Origin: an uncultured Actinomycetes bacterium
GTDB lineage: Bacteria > Actinomycetota > UBA4738 > JBBDTT01
Length of the DNA stretch: 64,000 bases
Reading direction: 5' to 3'
Assembly (NCBI GenBank): GCA_963742735.1
Contig: CAVUMN010000004.1
Span: 128,001 to 192,000, forward strand
Shown: positions 8,719 through 18,071 of the stretch, piece by piece
How positions within the stretch are numbered: position 1 is the stretch's first letter
Layout: each line of letters opens with the position of its first letter
Program-made: the position numbers and the translations under genes
The notes under the pieces: model-generated
What the model was told of the DNA's origin: nothing
Seen by the model: only the letters and a program-made list of their open reading frames with translations
Database searches by the model: none

Positions 8719-9495
8719 TCACGGGCCGAAGAACTCCTGCAGCACCGAAGCGATCGCCTCGGGCGCCACGTCGTGGGACTGGCCCTCCAGCACGTGCACC
8801 CGCCCGTTCGGGATCGCCTCGGCCAGCGATCGCGCCGTCTCCTGCATGAACGGGAAGCTCGCGCCCCCGGCGATCACCAGTGCCGGGGCGGTGACGAGCG
8901 CGGCCCGATCGAGGGGAGCCGAGTAGTCCCCCATGATCCTGGCGTCGTACTCCAGCGTGTGCGCCAGGGCCTCCGTCGCCGCCCACCAGGGTTGCGCCCG
9001 GGCCTGCTCCACGAACTCCGCCGGCATGCCCACGACCTTCGCCATGAAGAACTCCACCGCGTCGCCGCGGCGGTTCTGAGCCACCAGGCGCTCGAACGTC
9101 TCGGCGGAATCGCTGGGGGGTCGCATCGCGGGATCCGGAACGAACGGCGGCTCCCACAGCGCCAGCTTCGTGATGGGAAGACCGGTGGCCGCGGCCTCCA
9201 GGACCAGCGCCGCCCCCGACGAGGTCCCGTAGACGGATGCGGCTCCGCCCGCAGCGCCGATCACCGCGTCGAGATCCTCGACCTCGCGCTCCACGGCGTA
9301 CGGCGGCGTGTCCCCGCTCGGCCCTCGTCCGCGGCGGTCGTAGTTGAAGACGGTGAACCCATCCGAGAGCAGCGCCGCCACCGGCGCGTTCGAGGATCGA
9401 TCGACCGAACCGCCGCTCACCAGGACGACCGCGGGCCCCTCGCCCGACCGGTCGTAGGCGATGCTGGTGCCGTCCTCCGAGGTCACGGAATCCAT
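8719..9495 (-). CDS. Alpha/beta fold hydrolase
   Basis: YDRRGRGPSGD, GTSSG nucleophile elbow, C-terminal QSHD. Confidence 0.92.
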   Translation of the reverse strand: MDSVTSEDGTSIAYDRSGEGPAVVLVSGGSVDRSSNAPVAALLSDGFTVFNYDRRGRGPSGDTPPYAVEREVEDLDAVIGAAGGAASVYGTSSGAALVLEAAATGLPITKLALWEPPFVPDPAMRPPSDSAETFERLVAQNRRGDAVEFFMAKVVGMPAEFVEQARAQPWWAATEALAHTLEYDARIMGDYSAPLDRAALVTAPALVIAGGASFPFMQETARSLAEAIPNGRVHVLEGQSHDVAPEAIASVLQEFFGP

Positions 9496-9547
9496 CAGCG
9501 TCCCCCCTTGCTCTCGCGGTGCATCAGTGGCGTGAGGGCGCTGCGGG

Positions 9548-9994
9548 CTAGGAGGCGACGCTCCAGGCGTCGGCACCTTCGTCGACGACCGAGCGGCCGT
9601 GGCGCTCGGTCAGGGCACGTCGGAGCAGCGGCTCCCAGGCCTTGAAACCGCTCGCGAATCGCGTCTCTCCCGCCGCGGTCTCGATGACGAGGATGTCCCT
9701 GACGGTCAGCTTCTTCACCAGGGCGACTCGCGTGATATCGGTGAGGAGGAAGTCGACCATCGGGGGTCGTTCCTTCCGTCGCTTCTCCAGCTCCTCGGCC
9801 AGCTTCCCCGCGAGCCAGCCCCCGACGGCTCCCGCCTGACTCGGATTGAACCGCTGATCCATGAACAGCACCCGGTCGTTGGTGAGGAGCGCGTGCCCGC
9901 GCTTGTTCGACAGCGGCCCGCCGGCCATCAGCACGGTCTCCTGCTCGTTCAGGACGTCCTCGGGGGTTCCCGGCTGGAACGCTTCCTCGGCCAT
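9548..9994 (-). CDS. Hypothetical protein, PH/GRAM-like
   Basis: GHALLTNDRVLF motif; host-like codon usage. Confidence 0.65.
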   Translation of the reverse strand: MAEEAFQPGTPEDVLNEQETVLMAGGPLSNKRGHALLTNDRVLFMDQRFNPSQAGAVGGWLAGKLAEELEKRRKERPPMVDFLLTDITRVALVKKLTVRDILVIETAAGETRFASGFKAWEPLLRRALTERHGRSVVDEGADAWSVAS

Positions 9995-10034
9995 GGCGCG
10001 GAATCCTAGTCCGATTCCACGGGACACCGCGCCC

Positions 10035-10736
10035 TCACGTCGCGACCTCGAGCACGTCGCCGATCGCCACGCGGCCGGGCAAGACGACATCCGCGTACAC
10101 CCCGAAGCACAGCTCGCGCAGGTCGCCGAGGGTCTTCAGCACGCGGCCGTCGGCGGGCAGGTCCCGCTGGGGAAGGTCCACCATCACGCAGCGCTCGATG
10201 CGCTTGGAGATCCGCAGCCGCGCGGCCCCGATCGTGATCTGCTTACCCATCCACGACTCCTCCGCCCACGGCTCCGCGAGCTCGATCAGGACGTTCTTGC
10301 GGAACCGTCGAACGTCGACCGGCCCGTCGTCCCCGAGGAGCTCGCCGAGCGCCCGCAGCGAGCCCGTGGTCGTCAGGCTGACCGCGCCCGCGTCCATGTG
10401 GGGCACGTCCTCCTCGCGGGCGAGAGTGACGGAGGCGCCCAGCAGGTGCGAGAGGCGAGGCCCCGTGCCGGCGTCGCCGGCTCGCAGCGTCTCACCGCCG
10501 GGAGTCGTGACCACGGGCACGCCCGTCTCGTCGTACCGCGCCGTGTACCCCAGCAGCCCGTCGATACGCCGGAAGCGCGTGGTGCTCTTGCCGCTGCCGA
10601 GCTTTCCCTCGGGGTCGCGCACGGCCCACAGACGGTCGCCCTCGAGTCCCCGATCGCCGCAGTCCACCTCGGTGCAGGACTCACCCCCCATCGACTTCAC
10701 GGGGTACCTGGCGAGCCCAACCACGGTCGCAGCCAC
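10035..10736 (-). CDS. MOSC domain protein
   Basis: RYPVKSMGGE, GDRLWA, RRFRKN, ERCVM, FGVYA. Confidence 0.9.
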   Translation of the reverse strand: MAATVVGLARYPVKSMGGESCTEVDCGDRGLEGDRLWAVRDPEGKLGSGKSTTRFRRIDGLLGYTARYDETGVPVVTTPGGETLRAGDAGTGPRLSHLLGASVTLAREEDVPHMDAGAVSLTTTGSLRALGELLGDDGPVDVRRFRKNVLIELAEPWAEESWMGKQITIGAARLRISKRIERCVMVDLPQRDLPADGRVLKTLGDLRELCFGVYADVVLPGRVAIGDVLEVAT

Positions 10737-10772
10737 CTTCGGACCCTAGCGCGAGCCCCTCAGGTCGCGGCG

Positions 10773-11741
10773 TCACACCGTGATGACGAGCTTTCCGCGT
10801 ACGCGGCCCGCCTCGATCTGACGGATCGCCTCGGGCGCCTCGCTCAGCGGGTACGTGCGCTCGATCGCCGGCAGGACCTTCCCCGCTTCGGCGAGCTCCG
10901 TCAGGGCCTGGATGTCCTCGAGGCGCTCCTTCGGACCCTGCATCACGAACCGCTGGCGAACGAAGAGCGAACGCAACGAGGCGCGGATCGGCCGGCCCAG
11001 TCCCCCGGAGAAGCTTCCGCCGTCCTCGCCGCCGACGAACACGATGGTCCCCCGCGGGGTCAGGGCCCGGCGCAGCCGCGACAGCGAACGGTTGCCCGCG
11101 ATGTCGATGATGACGTCCCACTGCCGTGCGCCGTCCGTGAAGTCCTCGGCCGTGTAGTCGATGACGTGATCGGCGCCGAGCGATCGCACCAGGTCCGCCT
11201 TCGACCCGCTGCACACCGCCGTGACCTCCGCGCCCAGTTCCTTCGCGATCTGCACCGCGAACGTCCCCACGCCACCGGAGGCCCCGATGATCAGGACGGT
11301 CTGACCGGGCTGCACCTTCGCGGAGTCGCGCACCGACCCGAGCGCCGTGATGCCGGAGATCGAGAGCGCGGCCGCCTGCTCGAAGGAGAGGTTGGCCGGC
11401 TTCGACACGAGCTTCTTCTCAGGAGCGCGCGCGTACTCGGCGAAGGCGCCCTTGCCGATGCCGAGGACCTCGTCCCCAACCTTGAACCGGGTCACGCTCG
11501 ACCCGACGGCCTCCACCACGCCCGCCAGGTCCATGCCCGGAACCGGTTGCTTCGGCCGTCGCAGTCCGATCGCCAGCTTCGCCACGTGGGGCAGGCCGGT
11601 CATGAGATGCCACACACCCCGGTCCACGCCGGCCGCGCGGACGCGAACCAGCACCTCGTCGTCGCCGATCTCCGGCGTCGCCACGTCCCCGAACTGCAGG
11701 ACGTCGGCCGAGCCGTATCGATCCTGGAAGATCGCCTTCAT
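10773..11741 (-). CDS. NAD(P)-dependent alcohol dehydrogenase/quinone reductase (MDR family)
   Basis: GMDLAGVV, GASGGVG, GADHVIDY, GKLVITV. Confidence 0.93.
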   Translation of the reverse strand: MKAIFQDRYGSADVLQFGDVATPEIGDDEVLVRVRAAGVDRGVWHLMTGLPHVAKLAIGLRRPKQPVPGMDLAGVVEAVGSSVTRFKVGDEVLGIGKGAFAEYARAPEKKLVSKPANLSFEQAAALSISGITALGSVRDSAKVQPGQTVLIIGASGGVGTFAVQIAKELGAEVTAVCSGSKADLVRSLGADHVIDYTAEDFTDGARQWDVIIDIAGNRSLSRLRRALTPRGTIVFVGGEDGGSFSGGLGRPIRASLRSLFVRQRFVMQGPKERLEDIQALTELAEAGKVLPAIERTYPLSEAPEAIRQIEAGRVRGKLVITV

Positions 11742-11759
11742 CGTGTCCTCGCGCTCCAA

Positions 11760-12326
11760 TCATGGTCGAGTGAGGTGAGCCAGGACCCCGTCGAGGGGAC
11801 GAGGGACGCGGGCGAGGTCCAGCGCGCCGACGAGCACCGGCGCGTACTGGCTCTTCCGTCCGCTGCGCGTGCCCATGAACCGCCGCAGCTGCTGCTCGAT
11901 GGGCTGGCCTCGCTTCTCTGGCATCTGCTGAAAGGTGCGGAACCGGCCGAGCTCACCCTGGGCCTCGATGAGTCGCACCACGGCGTCGGCCCCGAGGGCG
12001 CGGATCAGCTCGTCCTCGAGGTCCGCCTCGCACACGAAGAAGCCGAGCCGCTCCAGGTCGGTGCGGGTGAGGTTCGAGCCGAGGCCGGCTCGCTCCAGGC
12101 CGCGCTGGAAGTCGCCCTCCTCCCCAACGTCGCACAGTCCGGCCAGCCGTTGGTCCAGTCCGCGAGGCCCGAACCGATCCAGGAAGGCTCCGATGCTCTT
12201 CGTCCCGCCGATCGGCACGATCGAGACGCCCTCGGCACCGAGATCCCGGCCCCGGCGCCTCGCGAGCGCGTCCAGCGCCAGCTGGTCGCTGACCCCCTCG
12301 ACGAGCACGACCGTGTGGGCATCCAT
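11760..12326 (-). CDS. Stand-alone OLD-family TOPRIM domain protein
   Basis: VLVEGVSD, PIGG, LCDVGE, DLEDEL. Confidence 0.8.
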   Translation of the reverse strand: MDAHTVVLVEGVSDQLALDALARRRGRDLGAEGVSIVPIGGTKSIGAFLDRFGPRGLDQRLAGLCDVGEEGDFQRGLERAGLGSNLTRTDLERLGFFVCEADLEDELIRALGADAVVRLIEAQGELGRFRTFQQMPEKRGQPIEQQLRRFMGTRSGRKSQYAPVLVGALDLARVPRPLDGVLAHLTRP

Positions 12327-12345
12327 GGTCCACACATCTTGGGGT

Positions 12346-12375
12346 TTGCATCTACTTAAGAATGCGCTTTAGAAT
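12346..12375 (+). promoter_or_regulatory. Sigma-A type promoter for the DinB-like gene
   Basis: TTGCAT-18 nt-TAGAAT in an AT-rich patch, ATG just downstream. Confidence 0.55.
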
Positions 12376-12383
12376 TGCACACG

Positions 12384-12908
12384 ATGAAGATCGAGAGCCC
12401 GTCGTTCACCGAGGCCTACTACCACGAGGTGATCGGCGACTACTTCGAGCGCGAGCGGAGCCAGCTCATCGACCGGCTGCGCGCGATCGTCACGGAGACG
12501 GTCGAGTTGCTCCCCTCGTTCGCGAGCGCGGATCGGCCCGACGACGACTCCTGGAATGCCATCGAGACCCTGGCCCACATGGCGGTGACCGCGCAGTTCT
12601 TCGGATGGGTAGTCCACGAGGTCACGGAGGGGCACGAGATCGGCGCCCGGATGGTCGAGCTGATGAACCTCCGGGACCCCGTCATCGTCGACTCGGTGCG
12701 GCAACCCCCTCAGTCCCTCGTGGAGCAGCTTCGAACCAGCATCGAGCGCACGATCGCGTTCCTGGAAGACGTTCCGTACGACCGGCTGAGAACGACGATC
12801 ACCTTCGCCGGCCGGGCGTTGTCCGCCGAGGACTTCCTGCGGGTCTCGCTGGCGCACCACCTCGAGGACCACCTCGAGCAGACGCGCTCGGCGCTCGGCT
12901 CCGCCTAG
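12384..12908 (+). CDS. DinB/YfiT-like protein
   Basis: WNAIETLAHM and HHLEDHLEQ metal-binding His motifs. Confidence 0.8.
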   Translation: MKIESPSFTEAYYHEVIGDYFERERSQLIDRLRAIVTETVELLPSFASADRPDDDSWNAIETLAHMAVTAQFFGWVVHEVTEGHEIGARMVELMNLRDPVIVDSVRQPPQSLVEQLRTSIERTIAFLEDVPYDRLRTTITFAGRALSAEDFLRVSLAHHLEDHLEQTRSALGSA

Positions 12909-12920
12909 GCGGTCGTCCGG

Positions 12921-13226
12921 TCAGTCGAGACGGACGGCCGTCATGCGGCCCGTCTTCGTGAGCTCGACGACGGCCCGCCGGCCGCCCGTGGCGCAGAACT
13001 CATACGCGCCGGCGGGCCGCGCGTCGGGCTGCCCGAGCACGAACCCCTCATCTGTCCGAGCGATGTAGCGGCCCGTGGTCGCGGAACGGATGGCGTAGCA
13101 GCCTCCGGCCATGACGTAGCGGTCGTCGGGGAGCCTGGACCCGGCCGGTGCCGACAGGGCCCGCGGCGCCTTTCCGGCGGGGACCATCGCGAGGACCGCG
13201 ACGAGCGCCAGGATCGCGCCGGTCAC
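12921..13226 (-). CDS. Small secreted hypothetical protein, possibly an internally deleted remnant
   Basis: Signal-like N-terminus, DRYVMAGGCYAIRS; short. Confidence 0.45.
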   Translation of the reverse strand: MTGAILALVAVLAMVPAGKAPRALSAPAGSRLPDDRYVMAGGCYAIRSATTGRYIARTDEGFVLGQPDARPAGAYEFCATGGRRAVVELTKTGRMTAVRLD

Positions 13227-13374
13227 CCGGCCACCGCGCCCCGTCGTCCGCCGCCCTCGAACCCACCCCGCCAGCCGCCTCAGGCTTGCTCCCCTCGATC
13301 AGGTGTCGAGTGCTTGGTTCGCCGGACGACGGCCGGCCCCTACCTTCGATTGGGCTCGAGCCGGGCCCTTCCGC

Positions 13375-14073
13375 TCAGGCCAGGCCGCCGGCGGCCAGGA
13401 CCAGCAGGAGCACCGCGGCGTAGTGGCAGGCGCTCGCGGCGATCACCATCGAGTGCCAGATCTCGTGATAGCCGAACGTCGCGGGGGCCGGATTGGGCTT
13501 GTTGCGGGCCAGGACCACGGCGCCGCCCGTGTACAGGACGCCGCCGATGAGGATCAGCGCGACCGACGTGCCGCTCAGCGACCGCAGCAGCTGCGGGGCG
13601 AAGGGGAACAGGACCCACCCGAGCAGGATGTACAGGGCCCCGGTCAGGATCTTGAACTTCTCGATTCGCAGAAGCTTCAGCGTGATGCCGACCGCGGCGC
13701 CGGCCCAGACCACCGCGAGCGCCACGATCGACCACGGTGCGCGCAGACCGAGCAGCGCAACCGGCGTCGCCGATCCTGCGATCAGCAGGTAGATCATCGC
13801 GTGGTCCAGGCGGCGCATCCACCTGAACCCCGTGGCCGACCAGCGGCGGCGGTGATACGTCGCGCTCACCCCGTACAGCCCGGCCAGGCTGAAGGAGTAG
13901 ATCAGCGCCGCGACGCGGGCGGCCGTGGTCTGCGCCGCCGAGAACAGCACGACCCCGGCGGGGATGGTCAGGAAGAACGCGACCTGGTGGAACCAGCCGC
14001 GCATCCGGGGCTTGGGCCGCAGATGCTCCGGGACGACCTCATCCGCGGCCATGGTGGAGGTGGAAACGTCCAC
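13375..14073 (-). CDS. Hemolysin III (PAQR/TrhA) family membrane protein
   Basis: KPRMRGWFH, SATYH, RRLDHAMIY, GYHEIWH. Confidence 0.93.
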   Translation of the reverse strand: MDVSTSTMAADEVVPEHLRPKPRMRGWFHQVAFFLTIPAGVVLFSAAQTTAARVAALIYSFSLAGLYGVSATYHRRRWSATGFRWMRRLDHAMIYLLIAGSATPVALLGLRAPWSIVALAVVWAGAAVGITLKLLRIEKFKILTGALYILLGWVLFPFAPQLLRSLSGTSVALILIGGVLYTGGAVVLARNKPNPAPATFGYHEIWHSMVIAASACHYAAVLLLVLAAGGLA

Positions 14074-14085
14074 GTCCGTCCCTCC

Positions 14086-14427
14086 TCAGCTGCCGCGAGC
14101 GCGGCGGGGGTCCGCGTCGGACGCCATGCGACCGCCCTCGCCCAGCTTCGAGACCGTCGAGTAGCGCTCCGCCTCGGCCAGGACCAGGTCGATCTCGGGG
14201 TTCTCGTGATCACGCGCGATCGCGAAATGGGTTCCGTCTCTGCGGACGCCCTCGTACTCGGCGTGGGTGAGGGAGATCACCGACGAACACGCGTCGGCGC
14301 TGCACTCACAGGCGAACTCGACGAGCCCGGAGCCGGCGCCGAAGCGCTCGTTCGCCCCCTCGATCCACTCGTTGCGCTCGCGCGACGCCATCTCGGCGAG
14401 CACCTGGCCGGTACGCCACTCATCCAT
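14086..14427 (-). CDS. Conserved hypothetical protein with FxCECxxxxC motif
   Basis: FACECSADAC...EYEGVR...H; overlaps the STAS gene stop. Confidence 0.75.
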   Translation of the reverse strand: MDEWRTGQVLAEMASRERNEWIEGANERFGAGSGLVEFACECSADACSSVISLTHAEYEGVRRDGTHFAIARDHENPEIDLVLAEAERYSTVSKLGEGGRMASDADPRRARGS

Positions 14428-14839
14428 CCGGGTAACCGGCTTCAGCCTGCGGCTCGATCGACGCCGCGATCGGGACGTCCACGAGGGAGGGCGCGGACTC
14501 CAGCAGGGCCTCGTTGCCCGTCATGGCGAACACCTTGCGGACGCGGGAACCGGCGGAGACGACGGAAACGACGCACCCCTCGAGCTCGGCCTTCCGGAGC
14601 CCTTCGACGATCGCCGCCAGCCCGGCCAGGTCAAGGAAGGACACGCGCTCCAGATCGAGAACCAGGACCCCGTCCGCCCCGGCGCGCGCGCGGTCGAAGG
14701 ACGACTCGAGCTCGCGGACGTCGCCGAAGTCGATCTCTCCGGCCAGCTGGAGGACCACCACGCCGGCAACGTCCGCGATCCGGCTGCGCATGCGGAAACG
14801 GTGCGAGTCCCCTGTCGGGACCGGGGTTTCGGGGGGCAC
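14420..14839 (-). CDS. STAS domain anti-sigma factor antagonist
   Basis: GEIDF, LDLERVSFLDLAGL; AGGAGG RBS. Confidence 0.88.
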   Translation of the reverse strand: MPPETPVPTGDSHRFRMRSRIADVAGVVVLQLAGEIDFGDVRELESSFDRARAGADGVLVLDLERVSFLDLAGLAAIVEGLRKAELEGCVVSVVSAGSRVRKVFAMTGNEALLESAPSLVDVPIAASIEPQAEAGYPDG

Positions 14840-14998
14840 GAAAACCTCCTGTCGAACAACCGCGGAGCCGGGAGCTTGGGCCGGGTTCCCTGCGACCGGG
14901 GGTTCGGACCGAGGAGGCGAGGCCGGCGGGGGTTCAGCCGGGACTCGTTGTGACTACTCTAGGCCTTTCGGGAATCGGCCGACGCTCACGAGGGTGCG

Positions 14999-15595
14999 AT
15001 GGCTGGCACGGAGATGCCTCAGCTGCGAATACTGGTGGCCGACGGCGACACGCCCCGCCGGGTCCAGGTGGTGGAGACGCTCGGCGGGCTCGGCCACACG
15101 GTGCTCGGTCGCACGACCGACCTCGAGAACCTCGGCCGTGTCACCGCGGAGGAGCAGCCCGACGTCGCGATCGTGATCGTGGGAGATGCGTCCGATCACG
15201 CGCTCGAGGTCATCGGACGGATCGTCCGCGAGGCCGCCTGCCCGGTGATCGCGATCCTCGACGTCGAGGATCCGGCCTTCGTCCGGCGAGCCGCCGCCCG
15301 CGGGATCTTCGCCTACCTGAGCGGACGGGAAGTGGCCGAGGGGTTCCAGAGCTCCATCGACATCGTCCTGCGCCGCTTCGCCGAGTACCACGACCTCGAG
15401 GGCGCCTTCGGCCGTCGTGCGGTGACCGAGCGGGCGAAGGGCATCCTGATGGAGCGGTACTCGATCGGCGAGCAGGAGGCGTTCGAGATGCTGCGTTCGC
15501 ACGCCCGGAGCTCGAGCCGAAAGATCGTCGACGTGGCCGAGGCGCTCCTGGCGAGCCACCGCCTGCTCCCCGGCGGACCCGGGGGCGGAACCTAG
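14999..15595 (+). CDS. ANTAR domain protein with receiver-like domain
   Basis: Receiver-like N-terminus; ERAKGILMERYSIGEQEAFEMLRSHAR. Confidence 0.9.
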   Translation: MAGTEMPQLRILVADGDTPRRVQVVETLGGLGHTVLGRTTDLENLGRVTAEEQPDVAIVIVGDASDHALEVIGRIVREAACPVIAILDVEDPAFVRRAAARGIFAYLSGREVAEGFQSSIDIVLRRFAEYHDLEGAFGRRAVTERAKGILMERYSIGEQEAFEMLRSHARSSSRKIVDVAEALLASHRLLPGGPGGGT

Positions 15596-16065
15596 GCGGC
15601 GGGGGACGCCAGCGCGGCCAGGGCCTTCGGGACCGTCTCCTTCGGCTTGACCCGGTACCAGGCCTCCTGGATCCGGCCCTGCGCGTCGATCAGGAACGCC
15701 GAGCGGATGATCCCCATGTACGTCCGTCCGTACATCGACTTCTCACCCCACGTCCCGTACGCCTCGGCCACGGTGTGATCGGGGTCCGAGAGCAGCGGGA
15801 ACCCCAGCGAGTGCTTCGCGTCGAACTTCGCCTGCCGGCTCGGGGGGTCCGGGCTGATCCCCACCACGTCGACGCCGAGGCCGGCGAGGTCCTCGTTGGC
15901 GTCGCGTACCGCGCACGACTGCGCGGTGCAGCCGCTCGTGAGCGCCTTCGGATAGAAGTAGACGAGGAGCGTCCTGCCGCGGAACTCCGCGAGGTCCACC
16001 CTCCGGCCGTCCTGGTCGGGAAGCGCGAACGCCGGCGCCGGGTCACCCGGTGAGAGCTCGACCAT
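15592..16065 (-). CDS. bcp: Thioredoxin-dependent thiol peroxidase (BCP)
   Basis: YFYPKALTSGCTAQSC, FPLLSD, GIIRS. Confidence 0.93.
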   Translation of the reverse strand: MVELSPGDPAPAFALPDQDGRRVDLAEFRGRTLLVYFYPKALTSGCTAQSCAVRDANEDLAGLGVDVVGISPDPPSRQAKFDAKHSLGFPLLSDPDHTVAEAYGTWGEKSMYGRTYMGIIRSAFLIDAQGRIQEAWYRVKPKETVPKALAALASPAA

Positions 16066-16187
16066 GGCCGGCAACGATATCCGGCTCCGGCTACACCCGG
16101 GACGCCCCGGCGGCCGAGGCCGGCGCGCAAATTCGGTCGAAAAACCCCTATCCGCCGGTTGTCACTCCCAGGTAGATTGGACGGCCT

Positions 16188-18053
16188 ATGAAGCGCGCCC
16201 TCATCCCCGTGGTCCTGCTGGTGGCCGGCGTCCTCTCGATGTCGCTCGCCACCCCGGCCGCCGTGGCCGCCATCCCCGGGGCCTTTCCGACCGGGACCCT
16301 CACCGAGACCGGCAGCGTCGCGCCGGGACAATCAGGATGCCCGGCCACGGGCGGATGGACGTGCTTCAGCTTCAAGGTGGAGAGCTGCCCGAACGTGGGC
16401 GCCTCGATCAACGGGCAGATGGCGGTCTCACCCGTGCCCGCGAACCACAAGGGCACCGTGATCGCCTTTCGTGGGGGCGCCGGCACCTCGTACTGGACCA
16501 ACTCGCCCGAGGGGGGTGGACACCTTGAGCTGATCAACGGGCTCTGGCAGGACCACCAGCTCCAGGTCGTCCAGGTCAAGTGGGTCGGCAAGGCCTGGTA
16601 CCGGGCGGCGTCGGGTGAGGCCTCCGGCCCGGCCCGTCTGGGGTGCCGACCGGCGACCGCCATCCGCTACATCCTCAACCACCCCGAGAAGTTCCCGGCG
16701 GCTCCGGCACAGGACGCCGGGGAGTGCGGATGGTGTCTGCTCGGCAACAGCGGCGGCACGGCTCAGGTGGCGTATCCGGTGACGCACTTCGGGCTGGCGC
16801 CGGACCTCGACGGCGTGTTCATGGTGGGAGGCCCGACGCACACTGCCCTGGCGAAGGGGTGCATCGACACCCCGAAGAACGACGACTACTACTTCCCCCA
16901 GCAGACGACCTTCGACGAGTCCTACGGCTATGCGGTCATGCCGCCGCCGGACAATCAGGGTCCCTGCTTGGAGGGGGATGCGTCCTTCGTCCCCACGTGG
17001 AACCGTGACAGCATCGACACCCAGGGGAGCGACTACAGCTACCCGACGACCCGGATCCACCACGTCATCGGCGGCAACGACTCGCTCCAGATCTACCACT
17101 CGGGCGACTACGTCGACCGGCTCGAGTTCGCGTCGCCGCCCTCCCCGTTCGTGACCCGGGAAATCATCCCCGGCATGGAGCACGAGCTCGACGAGAACGG
17201 CTTCCCCGCGCTGGAGGCGGCGATCATCCTCGATACCGCCTCCGGGAACATCCGTGCCTGCAACAACGGCGTGGACGACGACCTGGACGGCGCCGCCGAC
17301 TTCCCGGCGGACGCCGGCTGCGCGTCGGCGACCGACACGGGCGAGCGCAACCTGTCGGGCCCGCTGTGCGACAACGGGATCGACGACGACAACGACGGCG
17401 ACCAGGACGTGTCCCAGGACGCCAGCTGCACCTCCGCCTCCGACGCGACGGAGGGCGTCGCCACGGTCGTCGCCTGCAACAACGGCGTGGACGACGACGG
17501 CGACGGCACCCTCGACTCGCAGGCCGACCCGGGATGCAGCTCGCCGACGGACACCTCGGAGCTGGGGACGGCCCAGTGCGACAACGGGATCGACGACGAC
17601 GCCGACACCAAGGTGGACTTCCGCACCAACGGCACGGGCGATACCGGCTGCTCGAGCCTGACCGACACCACGGAGGCCGGCGCGCCCCCCGGCCGCACGA
17701 TCTCGATCACCGACGTGTCGAAGAACGAGGGCACCGCCGGCTGCGCGAACGGCACGACGCAGTTCTCATTCAAGGCCACCATCTCGTCGTCGAGCACCTC
17801 CAACGTGACCGTGAAGTTCGCCACTGCGAACGGGACGGCCACCGCCGGACCAACGTCGGACTACAACGCGAGGGCGAACACCACGACCTGGACGCCCGGC
17901 ACGTCGCTGACGCGGAGCATCAACATCCTGGTTCGGTGCGACGCGACGGTCGAGCCGAACGAGACCTTCGTCGTGAACCTCACCCAGCCCTCCGCGGGGA
18001 CGACGATCGCGGATCCCCAGGCCCTCGGCACGATCCTGAACGACGACGCCTGA
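16188..18053 (+). CDS. Secreted putative hydrolase with Asp-rich Cys repeats and Calx-beta domain
   Basis: Signal peptide; GNSGG; four CxNGxDDDxD repeats; C-terminal DATVEPNETFVVNL...GTILNDD. Confidence 0.85.
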   Translation: MKRALIPVVLLVAGVLSMSLATPAAVAAIPGAFPTGTLTETGSVAPGQSGCPATGGWTCFSFKVESCPNVGASINGQMAVSPVPANHKGTVIAFRGGAGTSYWTNSPEGGGHLELINGLWQDHQLQVVQVKWVGKAWYRAASGEASGPARLGCRPATAIRYILNHPEKFPAAPAQDAGECGWCLLGNSGGTAQVAYPVTHFGLAPDLDGVFMVGGPTHTALAKGCIDTPKNDDYYFPQQTTFDESYGYAVMPPPDNQGPCLEGDASFVPTWNRDSIDTQGSDYSYPTTRIHHVIGGNDSLQIYHSGDYVDRLEFASPPSPFVTREIIPGMEHELDENGFPALEAAIILDTASGNIRACNNGVDDDLDGAADFPADAGCASATDTGERNLSGPLCDNGIDDDNDGDQDVSQDASCTSASDATEGVATVVACNNGVDDDGDGTLDSQADPGCSSPTDTSELGTAQCDNGIDDDADTKVDFRTNGTGDTGCSSLTDTTEAGAPPGRTISITDVSKNEGTAGCANGTTQFSFKATISSSSTSNVTVKFATANGTATAGPTSDYNARANTTTWTPGTSLTRSINILVRCDATVEPNETFVVNLTQPSAGTTIADPQALGTILNDDA

Positions 18054-18071
18054 CCGCTCCCCGAGGCGTCC

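Noticed and set aside
2749-12360. tRNA-Arg-anchored integrative element
   Set aside because: No integrase and no duplicated tRNA 3' end noticed in the window
14840-14998. ANTAR twin-hairpin RNA target
   Set aside because: Only one partial ACAACGAGT loop; no convincing second hairpin
9861-16053. Very long alternative ORFs (832 aa, 916 aa; likewise 39717-42350)
   Set aside because: Antisense shadows of real genes in high-GC DNA; Arg/Pro-rich with no motifs
17250-17680. Repeats resembling a CRISPR or tandem array
   Set aside because: In-frame coding repeats (CxNGxDDD); no cas genes and no constant repeat-spacer period
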